Below are positions 1 through 13,800 of a DNA stretch of 64,000 nucleotides, one piece after another. Under the pieces are notes generated by a model. That model saw only the letters and a list, made by a program, of their open reading frames with translations, was not told where the DNA came from and searched no databases. The position numbers and the translations under genes were made by a program. Source of the DNA: Kudoa neothunni. Its lineage: Eukaryota > Animalia > Cnidaria. Numbering within the stretch: position 1 is the stretch's first letter; the number at the start of each line of letters is the position of its first letter. The stretch lies in contig OZ199840.1 of NCBI GenBank assembly GCA_964304625.1, positions 3,733,631 to 3,797,630 of the forward strand. The letters are read 5' to 3'.

Positions 1-454
1 TGAATTAAAACTTTTATTAAAATGTTAACCATATTTTTTATTTATTTGATTAAACTTTTGACTTTTTTAATAATTAGTTCTATAACATCAGATTAACCAT
101 TGTGGGCAATACGTCCACATGATTTTTATTCTCACAATTTTATAGTTATTATTTTGAGCTGAATTTTTGTTCGCCCTATTCCTTTATTGTATTATTAAGA
201 ATAATGAAAAAAGAAATGCGAGAAACATGCATAAGAGGACGTTTTTTAGGTGCCACATACTTTACCATTACCTGATGTTTTATTGACATGCCTAATGAAT
301 ATTGCAAACCTAATTTTTTTGTACTATTCAATGTTGAAGTGCGTAAAGATTTATAAAAATGTAAGAATAATTTTAAAGATATCTTGACACATTATTCTTC
401 ATTATATACTGGTTTTAAAAGACGAAATTTTATTGGTATTGGGGAAACCCTATT

Positions 455-1278
455 TATTACTAGTTTCATTAGGAAATACAATTAAAAATAATGTTCTTAT
501 ATTACTAAAATGATAGATATCGAAAGAATAAAACATTCATTAAAGCTTTAAACATGATTCATAATTCCAACTCACCAAGCGAATTGTGGAAATACGGAAA
601 TACGTTCCATAAACTAAATAATAAAAATTAAAAGAAATTTACTTCAAACTTGTTTCTATCTTTGGAACAACTTATTGCTCTGAGTTTATTTATTTAACGA
701 CGAAATTTCTAAAATCGGAGCATCGCAGACCTTTCACAAACAAACACCTGACGGAACGAATCCGTACAGCGTTAGTAGCGGACGGACCAGATTACCGTCA
801 GCTCACTGATAATATGGAAACATAAAAACTTGTATCATCAGCAGCAATTTCGAAAAAATTTTGTTCGAAAACTTTAAATTCTTGTGTCATTACTTTATTC
901 ATGAAGATTTAATTTTATTTATTGTCAGACTACCATAAATGATTAAATATGAAAAAAATTTTAATATTTGTTCGAACTTTATTTTAAAGGAAAAGTTCCA
1001 TGGATCATTAGCAACTAATTTACTTTGTTTGAAAAACCGTCATAAAGTATACCTGTAAAAATTATATGTAAGTTTCCTAGCGAGTAACCGAATAAGAAAA
1101 GATAAAAAACCTTTATTTCTATTCTACAACATTTTATTTGAACGTTCATCAAAAATTTGCCAAAAATGTATGTTTAAATAAGAAATAGACACATAAATGA
1201 TTTTAATGCCTTGTGGCTCGTAAAAATTTGGGCAACCTTAAAGTTGGCTCCCGATCTGGGCAAGTCTGGTCATCCCTG
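455..1278 (-). mobile_element. hAT-type non-autonomous element, copy 1 (probably continues leftwards)
   Basis: Reverse complement of 7611-8442 at high identity; terminus CAGGGATGACCAGACTTG (minus strand, from 1278) resembles hAT/Charlie TIRs. Confidence 0.75.
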
Positions 1279-2465
1279 TAATATAATAATAATAATTAGA
1301 ATTAGAATTAGTAATTAAAAGTTTTATGAATGAATATATTTTACATATTAATAATAATCCAGTAAACTTAAATATAAGAACTTTACAGGTTGATTTCAAA
1401 ATTATATTTACATAAACTAAAACTTTTACGGTTCTAATAAAAATACTCATTCTATAAATCAAATAAATTTACATTATTATTCAAAAAATATAAAAATAAA
1501 ACATTCCCATATATATTTTCCCATCAGTCATCCTTGGGCATCAAAATAGATATCATTCAAGAATAGACTCTATTTATTATAACTAAGCATAATATATGAA
1601 GTAATTAATAAAGAGAATGAGGTTTGATTATAATTTATTATTACAATTATTTTAAGGTTTAAATTTTTATGGGATTATCTTATATTAATTTTGTGATGTA
1701 TTTTAAAGTAATAAATAAATCGACGTAACCATGTCTAGGACCCCAAGATTTTAAGTCTTACTGATAATCGTTTAACTCCTAAGCGAATTTTAGAATACAT
1801 TAAAATTAAGGAATAAAACAATTTATAAATATTTCTCATTCATCTACAATTTAACCCCACTTTAACAATGACAATTTTTCACAGATGAGACTTTAGGCGA
1901 TCATTATTAAGTTATTGTTATGCCAGTAGTAACATTATGATACTAAGAAATGAATAAAAAGAATTTTTTGACTTTTTTATATAGATTTATAAAATAAATA
2001 ATATAGGTTTTGAATGTGTCAAATAAAAATATTGGATATAGATTAAGAGTCAATTTCTTCAACAATTTTATGTTTATTTGTTGGGCTGGTTCATCAGTCA
2101 CGTGATAAAAATAATTGTTTATGTATCGATGAAAGCCTTAACTGAAAGTAAGTTTCGAGCACATGTTATTAATTACATTTCAGAGAGTATCTTGATGCTT
2201 AATAAGCATAGATTAGCAGATTTCGGAGCTGCAGCAATGTGTGTTTTTTCAAAAACTTATACTGTTCAATTCTGTACCGATTAAGGATCATATTTGATAT
2301 CCAACCCAATTAAACCTATAACATTATCGAGATTAGCGGTCTAGCTAATCATTTGTTTACCACCGGTAATACTTAATACTAACATCGCATCATGAGGATT
2401 ACCGAACCACAAACATGATATATAAAGATTAAGTCACTATTGACAAACAAACTACACAGCAATGA

Positions 2466-3394
2466 TTGGCACCAACAAAGGCATTCAATAGAATTTTTAG
2501 TGGAGAAAAAAATTCCATTAATTATCTTAATGAATGTGGCGTTATTGAGGGGTCAACTAATTGCATTAAATGTGGTGGAATCAGATTTTCGATCCACAGA
2601 AAAAATTGGCGATGTTATGCAAAGTCTTGCAGGCAAGAATTCTCCATTTTGTCCATACAATTTTCAAAAATATGAAACTTAAAGTAAACGATTTCATGGA
2701 GTTTGCTTATTACTGGTTAGTGGGTATAAAAACCCTTAACTTGATCATTTTAACTTGTCACTCTTCTCAAACTATCACATATTACTCGCACTACCTTAGA
2801 TAGATGATGGCCGACAGTTTAGCATTCGAGGACATCATAATTGGAGGAGGAAACACAATCGGAGAAATTGATGAGTCGAGGTTTGGTCAAATAAAACACA
2901 ACTAAGGCCATGGTGTTAATGGAGCATGGGTTCTTGGAGGTGTCGAAAGGACACCCGGAAGAAGAATGTTTCTAGTGGAGGTCCCTGATGGAACTGCTGA
3001 AACTCTAATAAAAAAAAGAAAAACCTATGTTAAACCAGGCTCCATTATCATCACTGACGGTTTTAAAAGCTACGCCACACTTCTTAACTTCTACACTTAT
3101 CTCACTGTTAACCACAGTATAGAATATGTAGATAATGTTTGGGGAACTCACATTAATATTAATGAAGGCACTTGGGGTGCCATAAACTACCGAATATCTC
3201 CAAGAAATCGAACCTCATCAGTTAATGAGGATGGGACTGTTCGTATGGATGATATTAATGAATTTGTTGGTGAATTTCACTGGAGACGAAAAAATAAACA
3301 TGACTTATGGATTGGTTTTATACAATCTCTAAAAATGAATCTACAATTCTTATTTGCCTTTTCGCTGCGTTTTGTATTAAATTTGTTTTTATAA
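2466..3394 (+). pseudogene. Merlin / ISXO2-like (IS1595-related) DDE transposase, disrupted
   Basis: Joined frames give an N-terminal Zn ribbon (CIKCG...WRCYAKSC), then IGGGNTIGEIDES, WVLGGVER, PGSIIITDGFKSY, TVNHS, THININEGTW, EFHWRR. Frameshift near 2650 and in-frame stops near 2801 and 2903. No matching pair of TIRs found. Confidence 0.85.
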
Positions 3395-3934
3395 TAAATA
3401 TAAGCATTATTTTATTGAGGATTAGGGGGCTTAGACCAAATTTCAGCCCCGATTAATAGGTCATCAGATAATTCAAAATTTACATTTAAAAATATAACTG
3501 TTAAGACTTTATAGTGCGCGTGTAGATATAGAAAACATTGTAATTGATGTGGTGTCTTTATTTGCGTACTTGGCGTGAACATTCACAATTACAAAAATAT
3601 TCCATTATTAATTCTTTAAGTAAATTTGTCATTTTAAGTTCTTCGATTAAAATGCACACATCAGGAATTTAAAAGATTGAATAAAAATCTGAATTCTTCC
3701 TAATTGAAAAGGCTATTCTCCACAGTAGTTTACCAATAAGTTCAGAATAATTTTTTCGGCTCGTAGGGAAGAAAAAATTATTCCTGCAGAATTATACAAA
3801 AATATTCAACCTTACTTTCTATCCCCATTTTTAAATTACAAGCTCGAATTGTTTCTATTACTAAACATGAAAAAGAACATATTTCAAAATAAAAAATTCA
3901 AATATACGATATTCTTACTCGAAACTCTTTAAGT

Positions 3935-4537
3935 CAGGGGTTCTCACCCGGGGATAAATTGACATCAAAATTTGATAGGAGTAATTTTTGCATAATGCAG
4001 TTTGTGACATACATCATGATGTCTAAGGAATTATATTATCCAGGACAATTAAACTTAATAAGATATTGGTAGAAATGCTTAGAATATTTTTAGGAATAAG
4101 TATTTTACAGCTATTTATAAAACCATTATCATTTTATCTTGTATGCATCGTTTATCTTTTGATGGTGTAGCCTAATAATAATTATACTTCACGTGGTTAC
4201 TTGCATGATAAATAATATTTAGGTGTCATTATTTTTAATACTTTCTGGTTCCTAAGAGTGAAAGATTATGATAGAAATAAATTAATTTAACAAAATCTAA
4301 AAATTAAACCTGTAGACAGGTTGTGAATACGAATTAATGGGATTACAAATTGTCTTTACATCGGTGTACACGCCTTTTAAGATTATAACTTACCCTGAAA
4401 ATAGTCCCTGCCACAACTAAACCATTATATAACTTTAAAGTAAATATGAATTTGACTTTCAACCTACCTAAGCGGATAAATTTGGATTCTTCGCCAAGCG
4501 GAGGGGGTTAATTTTAAAAAATGGTTGACAACACCTG
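3935..4537 (+). mobile_element. hAT MITE with perfect 8-bp TSD
   Basis: TIRs CAGGGGTTCTCACC / GGTTGACAACACCTG; CTTTAAGT at both 3927-3934 and 4538-4545. Related fragments near 27790, 37030-37116, 39880 and 45570-45780. Confidence 0.85.
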
Positions 4538-5140
4538 CTTTAAGTCGTTTAAAAATGGTAGAATAGGATTTTTAAAGTGTATTTTTAAAAGGATAAATCT
4601 TCCTACTTTGATTTATTCCATATAAAAACACATTTAAAACAGTTTAATTTAAAATAAAATAAATATACGTAAAATTTTATATTATTTATTTGCGTAAAAT
4701 AAATTATACTGCTTTTCCAGCTGTTGGCATAATTTAGTTAAATTCGGAACATTTATTATTTGACCACTTGTAATGTAAATAAAACCAAGAAAATATTTTA
4801 ATTTTTCCACCTATTTAACTTAAAAATTAACAATGTATAAATTAAATTTTGGTGAAATATTCGAAAAAAATTACTGTAAATTCATTTATTGGATAATTTA
4901 ATAATTTTTATCATAAATTTTTTATATTATGTTTATCTTCGTAAAATTCACATACGATTAATTTTGGAAGCTTAAATAACGTTAAAGATCAAATGAACCC
5001 ATTTTTAGCCAATATTTGATTATTTACAGAAAATAGAACTAATATAGAACCAATAAACATATAAATTATTGAAATAAAAACAGACGCAACAAACTTTCTA
5101 TCGCGCAGGCTCTGATTACATTGCGGAATTAGACAGCGGA

Positions 5141-6904
5141 ATGGCAAAATTCCCTTCTAAAAACCACGTAAATGGTTTATATCTAATCAAAAACATAATA
5201 AATAATCTAGGGCGTGGGTAAGAAACGCTCAAAGGCAGCAATAAGAAACATTGAACTAAATTCCAAGTGTGTGGAAATGGATCTAACGGAAGATAATGAT
5301 CCAGAGAGATTGTTTGAGACTGGCAAGAAATCTCATAACAATTTTCAAACTAAAATAGAGCATTTGATCAACGATAACAACTTACTAAGTGATGATAGCG
5401 ACGAATTTTTGTTCGAAGATGATGCCAACGACGCGGTTGATGATAATTTTCAAGTAGTTCAATAATGTAGGATTACAATAATATAAAAATGTATTTTTGT
5501 AGTTGAACGAGGAAGAAGAAACTGCGTTCAATAGATTCATAAAACCAAATTCATCGTCCAATACTGGCGAGTTAATGAATGAGTTCACCAGCAATTATAC
5601 CCATCAAAAAGCTAACATCAATGAATATATACAGGGTAGGTTTGGGTTAGATGAATACAAAAATAAATTCATAAGTTTATTATTGCAACACAATTTTAAT
5701 AATGATGATTAGAGATAAAGTCACACGAACTACCACCATTAGTTGTTGAGACGTATCGAAAGTAATCACTCACTCAGCCAGCCACAATATATTCATAGAT
5801 GTAATGATGACACTGGAATAGTGTAGGATTGATTATGCGAAGATATCGATCTGGGATAATTCCAAAAGCCTTTAAAATAGTTCCAATATTGGATAGATGG
5901 ATGGAAATATTTGCACTCATGGAGCCAGAAAAATGGACGGCTGCAGCTGTTTTTCAGGCAACACGTTATTTTGTATCAAGCGGGAAACCTAGTGTTTGTG
6001 AGAAGTAATATAACAATAACAACACGCAGAGATCGATTAAAATAATCCTTGTTAGATTTATCAATTGTTTGATATTGCCTCGTGTGCGTGATGATATATG
6101 CGAATACAAAAAGTTAAATTATCACATTCAAAATGTACCTAATCTCTAAGTCAATATTTTAATTGGTGATTAATTTTTTAACAATATAGGCATTGAAAAT
6201 GTCAACAAGAAAACCTGGCGCATTTTTTAAAGGGTTTCTTATCCCATTGTGTCAAGTAATTGCCGTGGTTGTTTGTGATTAAGTGCTTTTATATGGATTG
6301 GATTACGGTTACAGGAAGGAAATTGTACCTTGCGTGAAGCGGTTCTTATCGGAGGTGTACTACGTCAATGTAGAATTCCTGTTCTTCACTCTTCGGTTGC
6401 TATGCTGAAAATTTCATCCATGGATTATTCCGGTAGTGTATAGATTTTCTCCATCGTAGTCAATTAAGCTACTCTAGGAGCCAACTCATTGTTTCTTCAA
6501 ATATTTCTTAAGAAAAATTACGCACTACCCTACAAAGTGCTGGACTCCTTAGTGGATCATTTTTTGAGGTAAACGGCTTATGACCTTCTTTTTCATTTTT
6601 CAGTATGTTTTCAATTATTTTCTGCATAGATTTCTTAACGAAGAATGCACTTTGCCAGTGCTTTGGCATCAAAGTCTGTTGACGTTTGTTCAAGGGTAGT
6701 TTGGGTGATTTTGTTTTTTTACCAAATTGTTTGTGTAGATATGGACGATTCCTAGCTGATGAACAAAAGGAACTGCTTGCTGATCTCTGCAAGGTTCAAA
6801 GGCATACTCAGGTACCTTGATTATTATTTTTGACTGATTAAACAAATTCGTTTTAGATTACGCCTGAAGTGAGAAAAGCTCTTCTAGCTTCCTCAACACA
6901 ATAA
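5141..6904 (+). CDS. BYSL: Bystin / Enp1 (40S ribosome biogenesis factor), multi-exon
   Basis: Spliced peptides [110 protein letters not shown] at 5141 with a 43-bp first intron (5168-5210); TAA at 6902-6904. Confidence 0.93.
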
Positions 6905-7610
6905 ATATTAGTTCACTGTATAAATAGGTTTAGATTAAAATGTGTGTTTAGTTCGATCGAATATGCTAACTTAATTAGATAAAATGTGTTCTCAAAAATC
7001 AGATTATTATATTGCCGATTAATCTTAGTCTAATTTAATTTTTATATGTTTACATTTATACTGGGACCGTTCTGAATTTTTAATTTAATCTCACCTTCGT
7101 TGTTTGCGTCTGCGCAATAACCTCTCTCGATTTTTCGGTGTCATGTGTCAGTAATTCTTTTCATCTGTGATAGTTCATTAATTCTAATTTGTCACTACGC
7201 TCTCATGCTATCTATTAATTATTATCTAAATGAAACCTGCGTCTATTTGAATATTGCTACCTAAGAATCGTTTTTTCGTTTTATCTTGGAACGATGCAGT
7301 TTTTGCGCAATTCTATAATACTCTATTGATACACTAATGTGTACTGACATAGTGCGGATTAACTTATTTGAATTATCGATTTAGGTCGGCTAATTCGAGT
7401 CTTCATTTTGTGCACACTGAGTTACTAAATTAATAAATTAGAAAACGGGTAGATGGACAATATTTTTCTTAAAATTAATTATTTTTGTATAAACTTTTAG
7501 CATAAATAGAAATATTTAATGAAAAGAATAAGCTGGAAGTCCCAAAATCCTTATGATCCTTCCTAAAAATTCCAATTATTTATCTATTGTTTTATACATT
7601 GAGTTATATA

Positions 7611-8673
7611 TAGGGGATGGCCAGACTTGCCTGGGTCAGGAGCCAACTTTATGGTTTCCCAAATTTTTACGAGCCACAAGGCATTAAAATCATTTATGTA
7701 TCTATTTCTTATTTAAACATACATTCTTGGAAAATTTTTGATAAACGTTCAAATAAAATGTTGTAGAATAGAAATAAAGGTCTTCCATTTTTTCTTATTC
7801 GGTTAATCGCTGGGAAACTTACATATAATTATAATTATTACAGGTATAATTTATGATGGTTTTTCAAAAAAAGTAAATTAGTTGTTAATGATCCATGGAA
7901 CTTTTCCACTATGATAAAGTTCGAAAAAATATTAAAATTTTTAGCATATTTAATCATTTATGGTAGTCTGACAATAAATAAAGTTAAATCTTCATGAATA
8001 AAGTAATAACACAAGAATTTAATGCTTTCGAACAAAATTTTTTCGAAATTGCTACTGATGATACAAGTTTTTATGTTTCCATATTATCAGTGAGCTGACG
8101 GTAATCTGGCCCGTACGCTGTTAACGCTGTACGGATTCGTTCCGTCAAGTGTTTGTTTGTGAAAGATTTGCGATATTTCGATTTTAGAAATTTCGTCGCT
8201 AAATAAATAAACCCAGAGCAAAAAGTTGTTCCAAAGACAGAAACAAGTTTGAAGTAAATTTCTTTTAATTTTGAATATTTAGTTTATGGAACATATTTCC
8301 GTATTTCCAAAATTCGCCTGGTGAGTTGGAATTATGAATCATGTTTAAAGCTTTAATGAATGTTTTATTCCTTCGATATCTATCATTTTAGTAATCTAAG
8401 AACATTAGTTTTAATTGTATTTCCTAATGAAACTAGTAATAATTCTGATTTCCATCAAATATTAAAACCGTATGGTAATTTGTAACTACGTTTTCTAACC
8501 AAAAATATTATCTATTTGACGATTAAAGATTTAATTTCTTCGTTGGATTAGATAGATTAAACCTTGTACTTTTCTGAATTAACGTGCTGGTTGGATTAAA
8601 AAAAATTTAACCACAAAAATTTTTTTCTAGTGCCACACATAACGTTCAAAGATGCACGATTTGGACACCCCTG
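7611..8673 (+). mobile_element. hAT-type non-autonomous element, copy 2 (about 1.06 kb, likely deletion derivative)
   Basis: Left TAGGGGATGGCCAGACTT, right TTTGGACACCCCTG; the first ~830 bp are shared in inverted orientation with 455-1278. TSD not clear. Confidence 0.75.
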
Positions 8674-8915
8674 ATATATGAGGATAATATATTTTTATTT
8701 TATCGATTGAATTTACAGATCATTTTAATGTTAGCAGACGTAGACTCTTAACCAAATCGAAGATAATTAGTCAAACACGTTTGGGATCAATCCTCGTTAA
8801 TCTCCTATTTAAATGGAAAAAATACGTAAACAGTGTCTCGTATTCAAAACTAAATTAAATTAATAAATATTAATAAAAATAATTATTATAAAATTAGTCT
8901 ATCACTTTACATTTA

Positions 8916-10228
8916 GGTAGTGCCAATTGGCCCGGCCCGGCGGATAAGTTATATGGTCGTTTTGTCTTTTTTTGCATCATAAAAAGGAAAATAAGATTGG
9001 TTACTTTATGATTATCATATTACAACGTTTAAAAACATACATTTGATACGGTAGTCGTTCAAGTTGGGAAGTCAGCGATATAGCTTGTTTACGCTATTCG
9101 GATTTTATTGTTTTATTTAGCATTATATTGTTTTATTATTCGAGTAAATTTATGAAAAATCGATTAATTAGCCATAGTATCAACATAATGTTGGAACGTT
9201 GTATTTTATGGAACTTATATACAGGATAGCGTTATTATACATACAAGATGAACGGTGTCGATGGTGGATTAGAAGATAATGATGTTAACACTAAAAAGAA
9301 TAGTTTTGTAACGTCAGTAATACATTTTTTCGCTTTTCAGAGTTAAAGATGAGAATCTAACAATTCGAATATCAGGACAAAAACAATATTTCCGTATTAA
9401 ATTGCAAAATCATTGAGGCCGCACAAATACGATATGTTCGAATATTGTGTCACATGAAAACATTTCTGTAATATAATTCAATGATTTAAATAATAGAGTA
9501 AATACTCTTTCCTCTGTAAACAGAACTAGTTATTATTATAAAATTATTATAAAAGGGGTTTGTTCGGAAGTATCGTTTTTAAATTAACTTCGAAAATTTT
9601 AACAAGTTTCTACAATTTTGTTGTCTTACATGTGACCAACATTATATTAGCTCAGTGTTTAAGAATATTCTACCATAATTAATATAATTTGTTTGAAAAT
9701 TTAATGAAAACGTATAATTACTTTATTGGACATTAAAAAATGTTCATTTTACTTAAATAGTTAATATAATTTTTATAAATTTTTAGATATAAATATGTTA
9801 AACTACTTTGCTGCTTGACCAAATGAATTAATTGTATGTTAAGCATCATATGAACTAGCTCATTAGTATCACTTTATTGAATATAAATATTGATAAATTA
9901 TCAGCCTAACATAAATAATATTCTCTTATTTTTTAAAATAAAGTAAAATACATTTGATCATCATTATTCATTATTTGTAGGTGCACTTTAAGGGTGGGTA
10001 AAACACAAACTTAAATCGTTAGAATATATAAATATGAAGTTTAGCCGTAAAAATCTTGATGCTATTCGTTTCGAAATAAGGTCTTCCCACATATTCTTCA
10101 ATGAAACATAACTGCTAGATATATTTATCATGGAAATGTTATTTATAATGTCAAATTTAATGGTATTCCAACCTAAAGCAAATTTATAAAACACGTGATG
10201 CTAATCTGCCGGGCCAACATTCACTGCC
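8916..10228 (+). mobile_element. Decayed / non-autonomous Mutator (MULE) element
   Basis: TIRs GGTAGTGCCAATTGGCCCGGC / GCCGGGCCAACATTCACTGCC; 9-bp TSD TTACATTTA vs TTAAATTTA (1 mismatch). A frameshifted relic near 10000-10040 (NTNLNR / LEYIN) resembles TNNRLEAIN of the intact MULE in this window. Confidence 0.7.
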
Positions 10229-10875
10229 TTAAATTTAACAAAAATAATATTCAATTCTAGGCGTCTTTTTACTTTTTATAAAAAGTTCTAATTTTTATTC
10301 AAACTCCACATCAGAATTCTTAGTACATTTGATAGGAGAAAATAATTTACTTCCAAAGTATCATGAAATATATTGAAACTGATGTCCATTCGCATCCTAT
10401 TTCGAACAGAGAATATTAAAGGTTTCTAAGAATAAACTAATAATACTTTAAAGTAAATTCACATTAACGAATTTGACTTATCTACAATTTAATATTGTAG
10501 AAAATAAGATACTTACTCTCAATGTCTGGTGATACCTTTTGGATTAGAGAAACAAAGTTATTTTAAATAGTTTAATAGATCAAATTGGATACCACGAATA
10601 TTTGCATAAAAATTTTCCAAACAATTATTTTTATATCAAAAGATATAATAAAATTCATGAAAGAATACAATAAATTTCCTTCAGGTTAGTAAAATACATT
10701 TATTCCGTAACACCACACCAACTCTAACACTTCACTCCATCTTAAACGAACAATTTTAAATGTATTTATTTTATTGAAAACATGTTTAATTCATTTTCAG
10801 CTTTTCTGAATATTTATCACCAAATAATTTGCAAACAAATTTCCGACCAATTTGCCCTCGGTATAAATCGTTAAA

Positions 10876-13800
10876 ATGTCGATTCCTTTGTTTGAAATCT
10901 ATCAAACCAACACTACCATCTATTTGCGAGACGTGGTGAGATGTATTCGTGAATGTAAATCGACAGCTGAAGAAAGGGAATTTGTCGCCAAGGAAACAGC
11001 TATTATAAGGAAGGTATTTCGTGAGGAGAACAATGAATTTCGAGCGATAGCTGTGGTCAAACTATTGTATTTCTATATACTGGGTTATCCAGCTCATATT
11101 GGGCAGGTAATTATTCCACAATGATAATTTGTTTTTTTGTTGATAACAAATGGAATTGATAATTATAATGCTGAAGGTGGAATGTTTGAAGTTGATAGCG
11201 TCGGAAAGGTTTTCTGATAAACGAATAGGATATTTGGGATGTATGATGCTGTTGGATGAGTTGGCTGAGATTCACGTCCTGCTCACCAATTGTATGAAAA
11301 ATGACATAGAAAATCCAAACAAATACGTTAAAAGTTTGGCGCTTTGCACATTTGCGAGGTAACCGATCACTCATATATGATACATAATTGATTGATGGTG
11401 GTTAAAAGTATATGCTCGCAAGAGATGTCGGAATCTTTGGGACCGTACATTGAGAAATTATTTGATTATCCAGATCGTTATGTGAGAAAAAAGGCGATTT
11501 TGTGTGTGGCCAGAATTGTCAGCAAATGTCCAGATTACGAACCTTCTTATGCACATTTCTCGGAGAGTATGCTAAAAGAAACATCCCAAAGTATGCATTT
11601 TTGCATCAATTTTTTTATCCGGAAGAAATCATGTCCAATGCTAGTTTTTTATTGACTGTGACGTTGTAGTTATGCAAATGTGCTGGCTTACGTTGGCGAT
11701 AGAATTGTGTGAGAGAAGTGGAAAAGCTGTTCAATTTTTCAAAACGGTAATTTCCTATTAAGTATTAAGTTGGTTAAACCAGCTAGAAAATGTTAAATGG
11801 TCTCTGCATTGAATATTAGTTGGACGGATTGGTGGGGTTTGTGAAAAAAATACTTGTGGTGTTGATAACTCATGGCACCACGTCAGACAATTGTGTGCAT
11901 GGGGTGGCAAATCCATTTCTGCAAATCAAGTGCATACGTCTTTTCAAGTATTTGGCTTTGAATGACAGCTCGATTTCGGCTGAAATAACTGACATATTGG
12001 CTCAGGTGATTATACAAATTTTTTAGTTAAAAGTTTTCTAGTTGTGATTTCTTTTTCAAATTTTTTTAGGTGATTACTAGCACAACCAGCAAAATGGTGG
12101 TTGGATTCTCTGTGATTTATGAAGCTATTGCGTGTATAATGGCTATCGAATCGAAAAAAGAATTGAAAGTGCTGGCCATAAATTCAGTGGGACCGTTTTT
12201 AAGCTCTAATGTTAAAAATGTCCGCTTTATTGGACTTACCACTCTTCAACGTGTGGCAATTACCAATTCTGACCACGATCTTATTGTACGACATAAAGAT
12301 CTCATCAGTCAATGTGTTGTGGACAGTGATGATACCATTAAAAAGTTTTTATTCTCTTTCATTAACTCACTCATTCAATTCTCTCGCAATTTTAGACGTT
12401 CCATTGAACTTCTGTTCTCAATATTGGATAGTAAAGATGTGGTGGACGCGGTGGAAAATCTTATGGAAAATATCAACAATTTCAGCGATGAAATGAAACG
12501 TTTCACCACCAGTTTCATTGTTTCTGCTATAGAGAGACATTCGCCAAATCAAGAATGGATGATTGACAAGTTTCTAAAGCTTATGCAATATGTATGTGTT
12601 CTTGTTGAATTAATTGTGGTTAAAATTCGATTTATTAAATCTTATACTCTCCGGCGGATGAATGATGAATTGGGATTTTTGAGTTTTACAACTAACGTTA
12701 TTTCTATCAACATTTTCGCTAATGTGTTTAGATTTCATCTGAGTCTAAAATAGAGTCAATTTTTTTGAATTTTCTATTAATTTAATAAGTTTACTTGTTT
12801 TTTAAATTTCGATTCAATTATTATATTACTTATATATCTTTAATATCCTAAATTTGAATTTTTTTGTTCTTCAATTCAGTTTATTTTGTAATATTAAAAT
12901 AAAAATTTAATACTATTGTTGTAATGGAAGTAATATCATTAAAAATCTTTGGGTTCCATTCAATGTACGGAAAAACAATTTATTGGAAACTAAAGTAACC
13001 ATGTTTAGAAATCATTTAAGGGGCATTAATTGATAGAACAGCGCGGTCCCGTCGATATATTATATTTGATTCTATTTATAATTGTCAAGAATTTAAAGAA
13101 GTTGAGTGTTCTAATCTGTAATGATTCCTATGGGTACCGTGTTAGATTCGACATGGAAGCTGATTTTTTTAAGTTGAACTTATTTTTAAAGCCACGAAAC
13201 TATTCATAGTTAACATTTTTGAAATCATTTTCGGAAGAATCGATCTCATTTCTTTTATTAATTATTTCGATGGACGATAATTCGATAGTTTTCGACCTCA
13301 TACACACGTTGATCAGCGTCTCAATCGTTTCGTTTCCACATTGATCTTCGTATAGCTGGAAGCAATTGACAATTGACTTTAAAATATCTATTTAATTTGA
13401 GGTTTTTCCTAAAATGCCTTTTAAAGTTGAAATATAACCTATATTGAAGTGTTTAATAGTTTCCGTCTTTCTTTTTAAGGGCAGTAAACCATCATAATAT
13501 TTAATTATATCATATTTCCCTTGAAGCATCATGAATTTGTGAATTCTTTTTTGCAGGTATTTAGAAATAATTACGAATTTTTGGTTATTACGATTACGCA
13601 GTTATAAAACATTTTGTTTCACAAAACAAAAAATTACTCTCATATTTAATTAAGAACTACTCATAATAAATGTTATTTGATAAGTTCAGCCGGATGGATA
13701 ATGTTTTAAGGAAAGTTACGAATTTACGGTCACCTACTGTATTATGTTGGAGAACATACTTTTTATTCTAATGATTTTTATTTAAATAAATTGCTATAAC

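Noticed and set aside
2466-3394. Bacterial IS1595 element or contamination
   Set aside because: It sits among intron-rich animal genes with the same composition; eukaryotic Merlin explains it.
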